Positions 62,638-64,000 of a stretch of 64,000 bases of DNA are shown piece after piece. The number at the start of each line of letters is the position of its first letter. Position 1 is the first letter of the stretch. The stretch comes from Bacteroidota bacterium (GTDB taxonomy: Bacteria; Bacteroidota; Bacteroidia; Bacteroidales; GCA-2748055), in NCBI GenBank assembly GCA_049325415.1, contig JBMOLL010000053.1, positions 3,684 to 67,683 on the forward strand, in the 5' to 3' direction. The notes beneath the pieces are model-generated. The model worked only from the letters and a program-made list of their open reading frames with translations, had not been told where the DNA came from and did not search any database. The translations under genes were made by a program, and so were the position numbers.

Positions 62638-63902
62638 TTCTTGTATTTTAAGATGAGTTTATCGTGTTCGGAGAAGTTGTCGTAGCGGTTTATGATGACC
62701 TTCTCACCGGGCTCCAGTCCTTCGAGCACCTCGTAGTAGCGGGGATTCTGGCGACCGATAACGATATCCCTCTTTACAGCGTACTCGCCTGTCGGATCCA
62801 GGACAAACACCCACTGACCGCCGGTTGACTGATAAAAGCCACCCTTGGGAAGCAGGATGCCTTCTTTCGACTCGCCCAATTGCAGCCTGATCCTAGAGGT
62901 CTGACCGATGCGGATGTGCTGGGGTACTTCTCCCGTGAAAACCATATCAACGGCAAATTGTCCGCCGGCAACTTCAGGATACACCTTGGTGATCTCACCC
63001 TGGAAGGAACTGCCCGAAAAATCACAGTCGCCAAGCAGGTCTTTCTGCACCCGGGCAATATAATGTTCGTCGATCAGGACCCGCAGCTTATAGGAATCGA
63101 GGATATTCATTGTCCCGATGCGGTTTCCGTAGTTGATCACCTCACCGATCTCAGGGGTGAGCGTGGCCAGTTCACCATCGACAGGTGATTTGACATTCAG
63201 GTTCTCCAGCCTCTGCCGGATAATCTTCATGCTGGTTTCCATACTGTTGACCGAAGCCTCAAGCGAACTGATCTGAATTGACCGGTATATCGAGTCGTTC
63301 CTGTAATTCTCCTTTAAAAGTCCAAGTAACTGCTTCGATGAGTTATAGGCCTCCTTGGATTTTTCAAAATCTTCCTTAGAAATATGGTTCTCACCAAAAA
63401 GGATCTTGTTGTTCTCAAAAAGTCGCTGTTCCTGGGTAACCCTTTTAGTCAGTTCAATGATCTGCTGCTGGTAGTTGAGTCGCTGCTGGTCCATCTGCAG
63501 ACGAGCTGTACGCAGTTCATTCACGGTGCGGAAAACCTGGGCTTCGCTGTTTGTGATCTCCAGGAGCAGGTTATTGTTGCTCAGCCGGAGGATCACATCC
63601 CCCTTCTTCAGGTCACTCCCCTCCTCGCGGAGGATCTCCTCCACCCTTCCGCCTTCAACGGCATCGAGATAAATGGTTGTGCTGGGTTCAACGGTACCCT
63701 GAACTGTAATGTAGTCCTGGAAGATATCCTTTGTGACCTCTTCAATGGTCACCCGGCTGACATCCAGGTTGTATTTCGATGATTTATCACCGAAAATGAT
63801 GGTCGCGAGAAGTGCAAGGAAAACAGCCCCTCCGGCCATGTACCACAAGGTTTTCCGTGATAAACCCTTTCGTTTTTCAATAATTCGATCCATTCCGTCC
63901 AT
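62634..63902 (-). CDS. HlyD-family efflux transporter periplasmic adaptor subunit
   Basis: 422 aa. An N-terminal TM anchor is followed by a lipoyl-like hairpin (GDVILRL...), a long coiled coil and a beta-barrel domain. It is co-transcribed with the TolC-family gene. Confidence 0.8.
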   Translation of the reverse strand: MDGMDRIIEKRKGLSRKTLWYMAGGAVFLALLATIIFGDKSSKYNLDVSRVTIEEVTKDIFQDYITVQGTVEPSTTIYLDAVEGGRVEEILREEGSDLKKGDVILRLSNNNLLLEITNSEAQVFRTVNELRTARLQMDQQRLNYQQQIIELTKRVTQEQRLFENNKILFGENHISKEDFEKSKEAYNSSKQLLGLLKENYRNDSIYRSIQISSLEASVNSMETSMKIIRQRLENLNVKSPVDGELATLTPEIGEVINYGNRIGTMNILDSYKLRVLIDEHYIARVQKDLLGDCDFSGSSFQGEITKVYPEVAGGQFAVDMVFTGEVPQHIRIGQTSRIRLQLGESKEGILLPKGGFYQSTGGQWVFVLDPTGEYAVKRDIVIGRQNPRYYEVLEGLEPGEKVIINRYDNFSEHDKLILKYKK

Positions 63903-64000
63903 TTCGATTTATTTTAAATTTACATCAAGTCCATTGTTCATTTATTATGCCAAATGGAATATTCTTTTGAATCTCAAAAACTTAATCCTTTCAGATATGA

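Overview
This 64-kb chromosomal window looks Bacteroidota-like. That is an inference from T9SS-type C-terminal sorting domains, a CarboxypepD_reg-type TonB-dependent receptor, many lipoproteins, and DUF4369, DUF1287 and DUF3592 families. I support about 55 CDS, one frameshifted HEPN gene, one TPP riboswitch and two intrinsic terminators. I recognised no rRNA, tRNA, CRISPR array, transposase, integrase or phage structural gene.

The backbone is GC-rich housekeeping and envelope content:
- dnaK 3' end, xseA/xseB, rsgA, trxA and a CCA-adding enzyme.
- A 1448-aa hybrid histidine kinase.
- A TolC/HlyD efflux pair, an S8 peptidase and two ArnT-like membrane glycosyltransferase paralogues.

Four things stand out.
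1. An AT-rich island of about 9.3 kb lies at 31.5-40.8 kb. It holds 11 co-oriented minus-strand genes separated by recurring intergenic repeats, with no mobility gene. It contains a ParE/RelE toxin-antitoxin pair flanked by direct repeats, an LRR lipoprotein and several small secreted proteins.
2. Within that island, a cluster at 37.6-40.8 kb is my top candidate for an undescribed conflict or defence-like system. It has a stand-alone class-III-cyclase-fold protein, a one-TM protein, a bare Hanks kinase and a bare PP2C phosphatase.
3. A tightly coupled operon at 15.8-18.3 kb is a candidate protein/RiPP-like maturation system. It encodes a TIGR04222-like membrane protein with a Gly/Cys-only C-terminal tail, a radical SAM/SPASM enzyme and a secreted DUF1287 protein.
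4. Several dispersed mosaic intergenic repeat families are present. They include G-quadruplex-prone (GGGTTAC)n heptad arrays and a hairpin-type repeat found in both orientations.

All functional calls come from motif reading by eye. No database search was run.
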